From Eledone cirrhosa (lineage: Eukaryota): 64,000 bases of DNA. A model generated the notes under the pieces. It was not told the DNA's origin, made no database searches, and saw nothing but the letters and a program-made list of their open reading frames with translations. Below are positions 27,740 to 41,270 of this stretch, in pieces (the first letter of the stretch is position 1; each line of letters starts with the position of its first letter). The translations under genes were made by a program, and so were the position numbers. Location of the stretch: NCBI GenBank assembly GCA_964016885.1, contig OZ024742.1, positions 334,242,001-334,306,000 of the forward strand, written 5' to 3'.

Positions 27740-28025
27740 TACATTGGTTTGGTTACGCATACCATCGCCTACGAGGTGAAGTCGTCCGTTTTGCAGTCCC
27801 ATTCTTACCACACGACGAAATGAATTAACGGTTGAAAACGTAGGTTGGCAGGATCATGATGGTTCTTGAATTGATATCTGGGCTTCATTTATGTGGTGTC
27901 CACTATTGGAATTGTGACTGGCTGACAATATTTGCAGCAGACATCTGGGATCCGTGTTCATGGGCAGCATCTGTTCGCAATGCTGTGGATGTATTGGCTG
28001 AAGCAGACTCAATCTATTTTGGTTA
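27740..28025 (+). mobile_element. Probable RTE-type LINE C-terminal remnant
   Basis: Translates DWLTIFAADIWDPCSWAASVRNAVD, resembling the RTE terminal W...A.DR..W...V motif; heavily decayed. Confidence 0.4.
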
Positions 28026-28869
28026 AAGGCCGATAAAAGTAGAATTACTAGAGTCTCTATCTCTAAATGTAACGATTCCAAACTTAGGCACAATGCTAAA
28101 TATGTGTGGAGCTGTGTGAATCGAATATATCTGATCTAGTGCTCAACTGGTACTATATTTATCCTTATTGGAGCTATAAAAACTAAACTTAAAGTCGGCT
28201 AGATTCTATCAATTTCTATCAATGCTCCTTTCCTAGTCTCCAAATACCATGAATAGCAAAATAGTTGGGGAAAAGAATAAAACGGTCATAGGAATCGACA
28301 GTAAATGACCGTTACTTTATGTTATCAGTACTAGAAGGAAGAAAGGCAAAGGAGACGTCCGTGGGATTGAACACGGGGCGTGTAGCGCCACAACAAACAC
28401 AGCAAATCATTTTGTCGAACGCTCTATCAATTTCACTGCTCTATACTCCAATCATAAATGTTACACAGCTTAATAGGAATAGTCAATATGAACCACTACC
28501 AACACCATTCATAAAATCCGGAGTACCACTACCACTACTACCACCAACATCATTACAAGCACTCCCACCATCACTTTCAATAGCACCAGCTTCCTCTACA
28601 TCCACCATCAACACAAAAGGTCTGCCAGAACCAGCACCACAAACACACTCCCATTGTCCTCATCACCAGCACCATTGGTATTGCTCTCATTCCTCTAAAT
28701 AAAGACACAATCAAGAACAACACTATAAGAAAGCAACAATAATTAAGGTAGGAATACAGACGAGGAGGAAGTTGGGTGCAAGTTATATATTGTGAAGAGA
28801 AAAGTGTTATATCAATTTCTTTAAAAGTGCAATACATTGCTAGATAATGGTAACATCCTCGCCATCATC

Positions 28870-29420
28870 AAAATCAACAACAATAATGACAACGAAAACA
28901 ACAGCAACAACTACTACAATTAACTATCATGAATACAAAAATAAGGAAAATAAATATATATACATCATCATCTTCAACAACAGTAAGGAAGACGATGACG
29001 ACAACTAAAATAGCATCGAATACATTAAAATATAGAATTAAAAGAAAAAAAAGAGAAAATAGAAATAGAATATCATTAACAATAAATACGACGATGACGA
29101 GCACAATAACACCAACAAGAACAACAGCAAGAACAACAATCACGACGACGACGAAGACAACAACAACGACGACGACGATGACGAAGACAACAACAACAAC
29201 GATAATGACGACGACGAAGACAACAACAACAACAAGAACGACGACGACGATGACGAACACAACAACAAGAACGACGATTATAACCACAACGACTGTGATA
29301 TCAACAATTGCTATAAACTAACCAAGCAAAAGAAAAAGAGACAAATATAAATCGCCATCATGGCCGCCATTACCAACTCCCCAAAACGACGACAACAACA
29401 ACAACAACAACAACAACAAC
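28870..29420. repeat. (ACA/ACG) trinucleotide low-complexity tract
   Basis: Runs of aca, acg and atg; explains the poly-T and poly-V ORFs. Confidence 0.9.
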
Positions 29421-30174
29421 GATTACAACAACTAAATCATTGGAAGAATACAAGAACGAAAAAAAAACAGAACGAAAAAGAACAGCAAAATACACATTAA
29501 CAACAACAAGGATTACAACAACTAAACTATTGAAAATAGAATAAGTACAATAATGTAAAACACAGCTAAGAAATATCTAGAAAAAGTATGGAAGAAGAAA
29601 AAATACACATCATCATCATCAACAAGAACTACAAAAAAAAAACGTTAAGAAATTACAACTATTATTACGAAAAAAAAAAGAAAAAATATGTAAAATATAT
29701 ATATATATATAAATATCATCATCAACAACAACAACAATAACAACTACAAATTTGAAATAACCTCCAAAAAAATAAGGAACAGAAAAATATAAAAATCAAT
29801 ATAAACAACAAGAATGTTGACAACAACAACAAAATCAAGTAATACAACAATGGCAAAAAGACAGCATACACAAATATACAAGACAATGATAGAACACGAG
29901 GAAACATCAGATAAAAAGAGAAAGAAAAGAGAAAATATAGTGAAGACGACACAAGCAACACTTAAGAAGCTGTCAAATATCCCATTACACTGATAAAAGT
30001 CAGGGTAAATTTTATTCAGTAATTCTGATTCGATATACGGCAGTGTTATTAAAATAGTTTATAGGTTTATAGGCATATGCCTGTATGGTGTATATGTATA
30101 CAGTAATATAGCTTTGTGTAAGTGTGAGTATATGCATGCGTCATATATTATATATGTAGATAGATTAGATTGTA

Positions 30175-30199
30175 CACACACACATATATATATATATAT

Positions 30200-30256
<57 letters not shown>

Positions 30257-30519
30257 TATATATATATATGTATATATATATATATAATATATAATATATA
30301 TAATATATATATATATATATAATGTATATATATATATATATATATAATATATATATATATATATGCATATGTATACATATGTTTATATACATGTATATAT
30401 ATATATATATATATACATGTTTATATATATGTATATATATGTGTATATATAAACATATTCGTATGTATATATATAAACATATACATAAGTATATATATAT
30501 ATACATACCCCCCCACACC

Positions 30520-30554
<35 letters not shown>

Positions 30555-30708
30555 TCTCAGACACCTAAAATTCTCTTCGAATAAACATGTGTAATTAGAA
30601 TTAAATATTAATGAATATACACAATGCGTATTATATTATATACGTCATACGTATGTAAGAATATATGGTGACACATATATACATATACATTGTGTATATA
30701 TATATACA

Positions 30709-30757
<49 letters not shown>

Positions 30758-30787
30758 GTATATATGTATATATATATTGTGTATATA

Positions 30788-30854
<67 letters not shown>

Positions 30855-30863
30855 ATATACATA

Positions 30864-30957
<94 letters not shown>

Positions 30958-30962
30958 TATAT
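30175..30962. repeat. Compound (TA)n/(CA)n microsatellite (similar large tracts at 12820-13230, 51780-52470 and 62282-62600)
   Basis: Directly visible dinucleotide repeats. Confidence 0.95.
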
Positions 30963-31638
30963 CACAGTACCAATGAATACTTAAATAAGTGTACCTACTC
31001 TAATACCAACGAATAGTCAAATAAGGCTTCGATCAGACATTTAGTTGGAAACATATGTTAATTCAAACCTAGTTTAGTGTCATTATATTAGTAATAACCA
31101 TTAATTATGTGTCATTACTTTTTCTCTCTGAATCAATCTCATACATTTTCTTTCTACCTGTCATAAAATGCATTCTTGCTTTCAGTATATTATTCAATCA
31201 GCCATCTTCTAAACATCTGTAAATGTATGTCTCTAGTTATATATACATCTCAATCTCTTAACTCACCTCAGCCCCTCTCTCACTCGTTCACTCTCTATAT
31301 ATCTATAAATACATAGATATATATGTACATACAGATATATATAAACGCATATATATATATATATATATATATATCATACCATACAGACATATACACATAC
31401 GCACGCACACACGGATATATGTATGTATGTGTATATATATATATATATATGTGTGTGCGTGCGTGTGTGTGTGTGTGTTGGTATGTATGTATGTACATAC
31501 TTTTGTATATAAGCATATACATAAATGTGTCTGCGACGACCTTGTTGTAGGCTCAGTCCCACTTCGATATGACGTCCGAAAATCTATTTTAATGAAGCCT
31601 AGGCTTGACTAATATAATATATGCAAACAACTAATATA

Positions 31639-31712
<74 letters not shown>

Positions 31713-31716
<4 letters not shown>

Positions 31717-31964
31717 GTTATTCCGGGTTGAATCGGAGGTAACCACAGTAAGTAAGGTACTCAATACATTGCAGAGTATAAAAGTTTTAATATAGATGAG
31801 ATTCTACAGGACTAGAACTGTTTCATTCTTTAGAAATGATCAGGAATCTGGGTATCAAAAAATAAGTATGATAAATACCATACTTATTTTTTGATACCCA
31901 GATTCCTGATGATTTCTAAAGAATGAAACAGTTCTAGTCCTGTAGAATCTCATCTATATTAAAA

Positions 31965-31968
<4 letters not shown>
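31713..31968. mobile_element. Short fold-back PLE-end insert with two opposed HHRs in (TA)n
   Basis: About 31782-31870 and 31879-31967 are inverted arms; the longer tail is on the minus strand; TA tracts on both sides. Confidence 0.88.
31901..31949 (+). ncRNA. Minimal type I hammerhead ribozyme
   Basis: gattc CTGATGA tttc-taaa-gaat GAAA cag-ttctagtc-ctg TA gaatc (GUA triplet). The minus-strand twin at 31800-31848 reads CTGATCA (G8C). Confidence 0.85.
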
Positions 31969-32000
<32 letters not shown>

Positions 32001-32003
<3 letters not shown>

Positions 32004-32131
32004 CGAAGGAAATGTGGTAAGGAACCAGGTGAACCATACCGCACCAAAGTACTCAATACTTAGGGTAGTAGAGTGGGTAATAGGAACAAGTAAGACGGCT
32101 TGAGCTCAGCCGTCGGGGTCTTACTTCTTCC

Positions 32132-32133
<2 letters not shown>
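32001..32133 (-). mobile_element. Family B fold-back element, tail on the minus strand
   Basis: Reverse complement of the family B tail joined to ggcttgagctcagccgtcggggtc; TA flanks. Confidence 0.85.
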
Positions 32134-32163
<30 letters not shown>

Positions 32164-32195
32164 TCAATACTCTCTTTTATGTATATATATCTATA

Positions 32196-32299
32196 TCTAT
32201 ATATATAAAAATATATATATATATAAAAATGAATGTATGTTTGTTTGTTTGTTTGTATGTATGTCCAGGAAGGAAGGGGAATAACTCTTTATTTACTAC

Positions 32300-32372
<73 letters not shown>

Positions 32373-35300
32373 ACAATGAAAAATTAAACAAATAACATGT
32401 TCTTCATATTAATCTATTGTACTTAAATTTGCTGTCCATTGGTCTGAATCCTAATGAATTGAGGAAAATGGTCATACTGCCGGCTACATTTACAGGGAGC
32501 CCACGGCACATGCATGAATACGCACAAGATGCAATGGCATATGTTCGCGCATATGGCCGTCCAGATTTTTTTATTACATTCACATGCAATCCTACGTGGG
32601 ATGAAATTAAAGAACTTTTGTTACCTGGTCAATCGTCTTCGGATCGTCATGATATCACAGCGCGTGTGTTCAAACAAAAATTGAAATCTTTAACGGATTT
32701 AATTGTCAAGCATCATGTTTTTGGAGAGACACGCTGTTGGATGTTTTCCATTGAATGGCAGAAAAGAGGATTGCCACATGCACACATTTTGATTTGGTTA
32801 ATTGAAAACGTCACACCAGATCAAATTGATCAAATCATCTCAGCAGAAATACCAGATGTCGACGTTGATCCAGCCTTATTTGAAGTCGTCACTAAAAACA
32901 TGATTCATGGTCCATGTGGCTTACTCAACAACAATTCACCATGCATGTCTGATGGGAAATGCACGAAATATTACCCAAGAGACTTAGTTGCCGAGACTAT
33001 CACTGGCAATGGCAGATATCCACTCTATCATCGACAAGCAACTGAAGATGGCGGCAAATCCATCACTTTAAAAGTACGAATCAATTATGTTGAAGTCGAT
33101 AATCGTTGGGTTGTACCATATTCACCGTTACTCTCAAAGACGTTCAAAGCACACATCAATTCAGTGAAAGCGATCAAGTACATTTGCAAATATATCAACA
33201 AAGGAAGCGATATGGCAGTTTTTGGAGTGTGCAATACAAATGCATCTATCGATGAAATCGACCAATACCCACTGGGACGCTACATTAGTATGGCGCATTT
33301 TATCATTTCCAATCCATTATCGACATCCAACAGTTGTTCATTTGGCGGTGCACCTTGAAAATGGACAGCGCGTATACTTCACAATTGAAAATATACGTGC
33401 AAGGGTATTGACACCACCGCCAACATCGTTAACTGCGTTTTTCTCATTGTGCAGTGAAGATGTGTTTGCAAAGACACTACTTTATTCTGAAGTGCCAACA
33501 TATTACACATGGAATACATCAACGAAAAAGTTTAAACGTCGCAAACAGAGTAAAGTAGTTGAAGGACATCCCAATTTATATTCGACCGACGCGTTAGGCC
33601 GTTTGTACACTGTTCACCCAAATAATGCAGAATGCTTTTACTTGCGATTATTGTTAATCAACGTACGTGGACCGACATCATTCTAAGAATTGAGAACAGT
33701 AAACGGTCAAGTATGTGCCACCTATCGTGAAGCTTGCCAAAAATTAAATATTCTTGAAAATGATGGACATTGGGACACTTCACTCGCTGATGCATCGAAT
33801 ACTGTTCGACCACAGCAAATACGCACGTTATTCGCAATAATATTGACAACGTGCTTCCCATCAAATCCAAAAGATCTTTGGGAAAAATACAAAGACTACA
33901 TGAGTGAAGACATCCTACATCGTTTGCGTGCAACAAATCAAAATCTGAATATTCAATTCACACCAATCGTGTATAATGAAACATTGGTTTTGATTGAGGT
34001 CATATGTTTAGCAATAGCTAACAAAACGCTTCTACAATTGGGAATGCCTGCGCTGAATCGATCTGTAAACGACATTTTCGATCGTGATTTGCAACGAGAA
34101 ACAAACTTTGATGTCGCCGAATTGGGTACATTTGTTCAAACTAATCTTCTGAAATTGGTACCAGAACAACGCATAGTATATGACAAAATTATGCAGGCAA
34201 TTACAAATCAAAGCGGCGGATTGTATTTTATAGATGCGCCCGGTGGTACAGGCAAAACTTTTCTCATTTCACTTATTTTGGCAACTATACGATCACAAAA
34301 TAATATTGCACTGGCAATCGCATCATCTGGAATTGCGGCAACTCTTTTGGATGGTGGCCGAACTGCACATTCAGCACTGAAATTGCCATTGAATATGCAA
34401 ATCACTGAGACACCAACATGCAATATCACCAAAAATTCTGGTATAGGTAAAGTACTCCAATCATGTCAAATCATTATATGGGACGAATGTACTTTGGCGC
34501 ACAAAAAATCATTGGAAGCGCTTAATAACACACTAAAAGATTTGAAAGGAAATGAACAGCTCTTCGGTGGCACACTCATTTTATTGTCTGGTGATTTTCG
34601 ACAAACTCTACCAGTTATGCCGCGATCAACACCCGCTGATGAGCTTAATGCATGTCTCAAATCATCAGTTTTATGGCGACACGTACAGAAATTAACTTTA
34701 AAAACCAATATGCGTGTACAACTACAAAATGATGCATCCGCTGAACGTTTCACAAAACAATTTCTGGATATTGGGAATGGGAAAATGGTAATCGATGAAT
34801 CCACAAAATGTATGACATTGCCAACAAACTTCTGTAGAATCACGGCAACCAGAGACAAACTGATTCACAAAGTTTTCGCAAATATCGCGCAGCATTACAA
34901 AAATCATCAGTGGCTCAATGCACGTGCTATATTAGCAGCCAAAAACAACGATGTCAATGCCATTAATTTCAGCATTCCAAAAAAAATACAAGGCGAAGCG
35001 ACAACGTATAAGTCCATCGATACAGTAATGAATCAAAACGAAATTATCAATTATCCAACTGAATTCTTGAATTCACTTTATTTGCCAGGCATACCACCGC
35101 ACATTTTAACATTGAAAATTGGCGTGCCTATCATCCTTCTCCGAAACATCAATCCACCACAACTTTGCAACGGTACCAGGCTTTCAGTGAAAAAGATGAT
35201 GAACAATATCATCGAAGTTACAATTTTAAATGGAAAATTAAAAGGAGAAGATGTACTGTTGCCACGCAACCCAATGATTCCGACAGATACGCCATTCGAA

Positions 35301-35710
35301 TTCAAACGTTTGCAGTTTCCGGTGTGACTCGCCTTTGCAATGACTATCAACAAAGCACAAGGACAATCGCTACAAGTGTGTGGACTAAATTTAGAAAATC
35401 CATGCTTCTCACATGGACAGCTGTATGTGGCTTGCTCACGCGTCGGTAAACCTTCTGATTTATTCGTGTACGCACCAGAAGGAAAACAAAAAAAATTGTG
35501 TATCCAAAAGCACTTCAGTAAAATAAATTAAATGTTCAAATAACGAGTTTTCTTTAAATTCATCAGTCATTCAGTCATTTAAAGATAAATGTTAAGATCT
35601 GAAAAATAGAAACTAAATTAGAGAAGTTTTTAAATAACGATTAACATTTTAATATTATTGTTTTCTAAATAAGCTTTTTAACACCGAGCGAAGCCGGGTA
35701 GCTCCGCTAG
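32196..35710 (+). mobile_element. Helitron, decayed autonomous copy with internal 5' deletion
   Basis: 5' TC(TA)nAAAA followed by gtttgtttgt repeats; 3' GC-rich hairpin ccgagcgaagccggg then CTAG at 35707-35710 followed by T; encloses RepHel sequence. Confidence 0.9.
32440..35531 (+). pseudogene. Helitron RepHel (HUH Rep + Pif1-family helicase), disrupted
   Basis: Rep motifs FITFTCNP, EWQKRGLPHAH and KYICKYINKG; helicase motifs [32 protein letters not shown] and [11 protein letters not shown]. Frameshift near 33285; stops at 33684 and 35325. Confidence 0.95.
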
Positions 35711-35720
35711 TATATATATA

Positions 35721-35985
35721 TAATATAAAACGAAAAATCAGTGATGTATCTGAACTCAATTTATTATGTGTTACAATTGTTTCGCCGTTGGCCATCTCGG
35801 GACATGATCATTGTGTGGATCTGTCTGATTCTGGATCCGCAGGTTCGACGGAAAACGTCTAATGATTTCGGAGCAAATTGTTTCACTGATTTTTCGTTTT
35901 ATATTATATCATACTCTGCTCTGTAAGAACATAGAGTGCTCTACCGGCATACCGCCTATGGAAGCATCTTAGCTACCATCAGAAA
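35721..35985 (+). mobile_element. Probable decayed PLE-end fold-back insert
   Basis: 24-bp inverted arms (35721-35744 and 35883-35906), a downstream tagagtgct motif and TA flanks; no intact HHR core seen. Confidence 0.45.
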
Positions 35986-35986
35986 G

Positions 35987-36064
<78 letters not shown>

Positions 36065-36769
36065 GTAAATAGATACATACATACATAGATACATACCGGT
36101 GCTATCTATTCAGGAGGCATGATGTGGTGGACATATGCGTACATAATATAGAAGAATATACTCAAAACTTCAATACAATTAAAATATATGTGAGAGAGAA
36201 AGGAAAGCATTCAGAGCAGTTGAAATCAACTGCCCAGATGTTAATATAATGCTAAAAATTAGCGTAAAAGAGAACATTTGTGCTGATCTAATGAGAATTC
36301 TGCAGATATAGCAACCTAACTATACTGTTAGATTTCCACATGTGATCATTTATGCCACAGTAAATCTTGTGAAGCTGGGCTTAACAAGATTGTATTGTAC
36401 CAGAAAGCGCACAGCTAGTCAGAATGTTGCAGGTACATTCCATTAATGAAACTGTAAAGATATATAAAACATTTCAGAAATTCAGCATATATTAACTGTA
36501 TATACACATGTATATATACATAAACATATGCACGTATACGCATATAACTCAAAACATACTGATCCACACATGCATTAACTCCCACACACAGACGCACAAA
36601 CACATACATACGTATTTATCTAGTTGATATTGTCTATATACTATTGAGTCTTTTCCCTATATTAGAAACCGGCTCTTTCTCACTATTGGTGAATAATTGT
36701 TAAATAATAAAACCAGAAGAACATACATGTTATTGTACATCCGTTGTTTCTGGGGACAAGGGCTCCAAT

Positions 36770-37060
36770 TGATTCAATCATCGGATCTTCCTATGATATT
36801 AACGTGTATGTAGGTGAGTATTCAACGGGCACGTGCACCCTTGACGTAGTTCCCGGAAAGATTTAGTATGGCCCAATTTCTGATATGTTTGCCCTACTGA
36901 ATAAAAGACACAACTCATTTTTGAAGAGTGAGTGTACAGGAGCAAAGTGAAATAAGCTTTCATGTCATAGGACGCAACACTCCTTACGGTCCAGGAGTCG
37001 AACTCGCGCCATTACGATCATGCGCTGAACTTCCTAACCACTAAGCTCCTTGCTTTCACA
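36770..37060 (-). mobile_element. Diverged tRNA-derived SINE (head related to 2165-2450)
   Basis: gcttagtggttagg..gagttcgactcc head and tatttcactttgctcc segment. Confidence 0.6.
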
Positions 37061-38497
37061 ACATACACGCATACATTCCTACCTATATATATATATATAT
37101 ATATATGAATATATATACAAACATATATACATACTTATATACAAGTATTACACTAACAAGTTAGACATATCGTTATATCTAAAGATATATTTACATATAT
37201 AGATTCAAATCAATGAGACCAATACTATAATCATTGCAACATTTCGACAAGCAACATTATCACCACTAGCATAACTACCAGCTTAGGTAGCAGCAGCATC
37301 ATAGTCACAAGCAATACTACTCCAGTATCCCCCACCAGCTGCACGATTCACTTTATATTTAATTCAGTCATAGCAAACGACACCAAAACAAACCACTTAA
37401 GTAATTCACTGATAAAATTACTTTATATTTAATATTCATGAAGTGAGCACGCCATTGATGAAAAGGTAAACTTTCTAGTCTGTGGAGACAGCGAACTGTC
37501 TTCGAATTCCCCATTAGAAATACATATATTTCATCCTGCCAATAACGAACTATCCTCCAGGTCGTCGCTACATCTGCTAGAAGTAGCTGCAAAATCTCAC
37601 TCAAATTACACTTTTTTTAATGCGTCATTACAAAAGGACGTGTTTCATAATATGGACTGGGATCTTTTCCAAAGGGAAGAAGAGAGGGCAGCTTCTACGG
37701 AAATAGCTTTGATAGAATGTGGCCCCAAGGAAAACAACAGCAACTAGCAATAGACTTTAGAGGTTCAGTTCTTCATAAAAGATGGTAGGTGGAAAAGTGA
37801 AGTAACCTCGACTCCCGGGGTAATGGATCCATAAACCATGTGTTCAAACATGCAGCAATCCTTTTGTTGTAGTTATACACAGCAGATTTTGTCTCGTTAA
37901 ACTCACTCCTCTTATTTGTACGTATATACCGACGGACTTTCATACAGTTTCCCAATATGCAATTCTACTCATACAATTCACAAAAAAGGTCACACATTAG
38001 GATCAGACCATGAATTTTATGGTCGTGAAATCAAATTCTTAACCATTCTGCTATACCAGCGTTCTGACTTTTCAGATATTGTGTTAAGCTGATTCTGCTT
38101 GTGAATTATATTAAGGATAAGTGTGCCTTTATTATATTCAACAATATATGTGTAATTTATTAGTTGCGTGTTCCGTTGATCGAACAAATATAGTCTTGTC
38201 AAAATCAACTGCGAATCTATCATCTCTATGTTAGAGATGATAGTGGTTTTGGCAATGATAGCAATTGCCATGACGATGTTAGTATGTTGAAGATTGTTAA
38301 ATTGGGAGAGTGTAACAACATATGTTACTTATTATTAAACAACAGGGTGGTGTTATTGGTTGAGGTTAATATTTGGCGAAGGTGTTCGTTATGACAATAA
38401 ATGTGGAGGTGTTGGGTATTGTGGTTGGTGTGGGGATGATACTGTTGCTAATAGTGGGGGCCATGGTATTATTGCTGGTATAAGTGATGATGTTAAT

Positions 38498-38672
38498 AAT
38501 TGTTTCTTCTTTTGGCACATGGCCAGCAGTTACTCCAGTGGATTACTGGTACTTTATTTTATCCACCGCGTAAGGATGAAAGGCAAAGTTAACACCGGCG
38601 GGATTTGAACTCAGATCATAAAGGGCCGTAACTCTATGCTGAAAATCATGGCGTCCGACCCTCTACAGTTAC
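38498..38672 (-). mobile_element. Deu/Nin-type SINE (further decayed or partial copies near 23815, 26730, 28140, 42230, 46763 and 47880)
   Basis: Matches 1150-1331. Confidence 0.8.
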
Positions 38673-39231
38673 TGTTCTTGGTAGAAGTGCTGGTGGTATA
38701 ATTGTTACTTATTTTGGCGGTGGGAGTATTGTTGGTGTTGGTAATAATGGTGATAGTGTTCGGAATGATGATGACGTTGTTGGGGAGAAGTGGTGGCATT
38801 GATGTTGGCAGTGCGGCAGTGTTGTTACTGTTGGTAGTTGGTGGGTGTTGGTAGCGGTTGTGGTGAGGATAGAGATATTATTGTGTTGATATAGTGATGG
38901 TGTTGTTCTAGTCGTTAGTAATGACGGTGGTACAGATAGTTTTGTTATTGTTCTTGGTAGTAATGGTGATGTTGTTCTCATTGGCGGTCTTAGTGACGTT
39001 GGTGCTGATAGTAGGCGGTTATTGCTTTTAATAGTGATCGCTATATCTTGTTTTAATATTGTAGCTATGGCAGTCAATCAGAAGTTAATATGTATCAATT
39101 ATAGTGATAATTTATATGTCTCATAGTTCTACTTGTGAATTACCTTATTAGGACAGTCTCGTATTCCTCTGTTATTACAGTTACTATATGAATGTCAATA
39201 GGTTAGGTATAACATTCATTAAAATATTAAC

Positions 39232-39483
39232 AAAGGTATATCGAGGCGCAATTACGGATATGTTTTTCGGTTTGCAAGCGCACGGTTTCACGCGTTTTCT
39301 ACTATAGCCTCGGCTTGGACATTGCAGCCTGTGTGGAAACTAGCTTCAGAAACTCCAGAGGAACGCCGTAAATATATACATAATTATGTATATATTGCTC
39401 AGGGCGAGGCTATAGTAGAAAACGCGTGAAACTGTGTTTGCGAATCGAAAAACATACTCGTGCTTGCAACTCCATATACCTTT
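39232..39483. repeat. MITE-like inverted repeat, ~80-bp imperfect arms
   Basis: gtttcacgcgttttctactatagcctcg (39284-39311) is inverted exactly at 39404-39431; arms extend to aaaggtatat and atataccttt. Confidence 0.7.
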
Positions 39484-40714
39484 ACTGCCAGGAATTAGAC
39501 TAGAATCTATATAACATTTTGCGTGATGATCATTTTCTGGAGATGCTCATTTGCATATAGTGCATAGTTGGCTCGTTAAATTTAATTGGGGGTAGCGCTA
39601 AGGCAGCGTTTACGCATAATGGATGCTTATATGAAGATATATATAAATATATGTAATAGGTTTATAGACAATACATATACGGGTAGATTTGCTGCTGACG
39701 AAAATTACTTCTTAAAGAAAAATGATATTATTCTCAATTTTCCTCTGTGAATATATCACAGAGTTGCAAGTACGTTTTGAGAATCTCAGATAACGCTGTT
39801 TCACATTTTCTTAATTTTTCATCAGTAACCCTCACTCAAATCGTACACATGGAGTTAGTTCCTTCTAACAGGACAGCCTGGAAGGCGTGCATGAAACTCT
39901 GTCTCCACAACCCTCCCACGAATAACTGGTTGAACATGAAGATATTTCTTATGTTTTATGTGCATATAATTTGTCACTTACGCGTCTTCATTTTAGGTTG
40001 AAACCAAGAAAAGAAAAGGACCCTTTTGGTCATGACTGACTATGCCGCATGCATCTATGATTCAATTACTTTCCTGAGACACAAGTTTTGTTTGATATAG
40101 ACCAGATATCACCCAAGCATGTGAGTCTCTCACTCCATAACAACGGTGTTGTGCGAGGAAAAGTAGAACGCCGATACACTTTGTCGCAACTCATATTTTC
40201 AGATGAGTTGACACGCACAGCTAAGTCACAACATGCCGTCAAGCCAGAGAATCGAACACATGTTTTTACTATTGTGATCACTATCCAATAATTCAAACGT
40301 CTTTTTTGGTTGCTACACCTGAAAAGTATACATCTCGTTTCTCCACAAATAGGAACTGTCTGGTAGATTTACGCTAATTATGATTCAATATATACTAATT
40401 AAAGTGCAAATAGAATTTCGGTAAATCAAAATATATCGCGTTTAACTTAGATTAAAAGCAAATTAGAAGTACATTGTTTCAACGTAATGTGTAGAAAATT
40501 AAAATATTAATTGAGAAGGTGGGAAGCAGAAAGTAAATTGTGTGTACACTCAAGCGTGCGAGTATACATACGCGCTCATATATTTAATTAAAATAGAGTA
40601 ATTCATGTGGAAAAAAAATCTACTAAACTGATAAGCGCTTTGGAAATTATGTAAATCTCCATAGTATAGTATAAATAGCTACTTGAGGACATCTTGATAT
40701 GATGAATTAGAAAA

Positions 40715-40750
<36 letters not shown>

Positions 40751-40753
<3 letters not shown>

Positions 40754-40939
40754 AACGAGTAGGACCCTGACGGCTGAGCTCAAGCCGTTTCGACGGCTAA
40801 TTCTGGATTGAATTAGCCGTCGAAACGGCTTGAGCTCAGCCGTCGGGGTCCTACTCGTTCCTATTACCCTCTCTACTACTCTAAGTATTGAGTACTTTGG
40901 TCGTTATGGTCCAACTGGTTCTTTACCACACTTCCTTCG

Positions 40940-40942
<3 letters not shown>
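40751..40942 (+). mobile_element. Family B fold-back element in (TA)n
   Basis: Near-identical to 17729-17936 with a shorter palindrome centre. Confidence 0.88.
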
Positions 40943-40997
<55 letters not shown>

Positions 40998-41000
<3 letters not shown>

Positions 41001-41194
41001 AACAAGTAAGACCCCGACGGCTGAGCTCAAGCCGTTTCAACGGCTAATTCTGGACTAAGTCCAGAATTAGCCGTCGAAACGGCCTGAGCTCAGCCGTCGG
41101 GGTCTTACTTGTTCCTATTACCCACTCTACTACCCTAAGTATTGAGTACTTTGGTGCGTTATGGTCCACCTGGTTCCTTACCACATTTCCTTCG

Positions 41195-41196
<2 letters not shown>
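40998..41196 (+). mobile_element. Family B fold-back element in (TA)n
   Basis: Near-identical to 40751-40942 with a different palindrome centre (ggactaagtcc). Confidence 0.88.

Positions 41197-41270
<74 letters not shown>

Noticed and set aside
28929-29321. Mucin-like Thr-rich ORF
   Set aside because: Arises from an ACA/ACG trinucleotide tract with no signal peptide or exon evidence.
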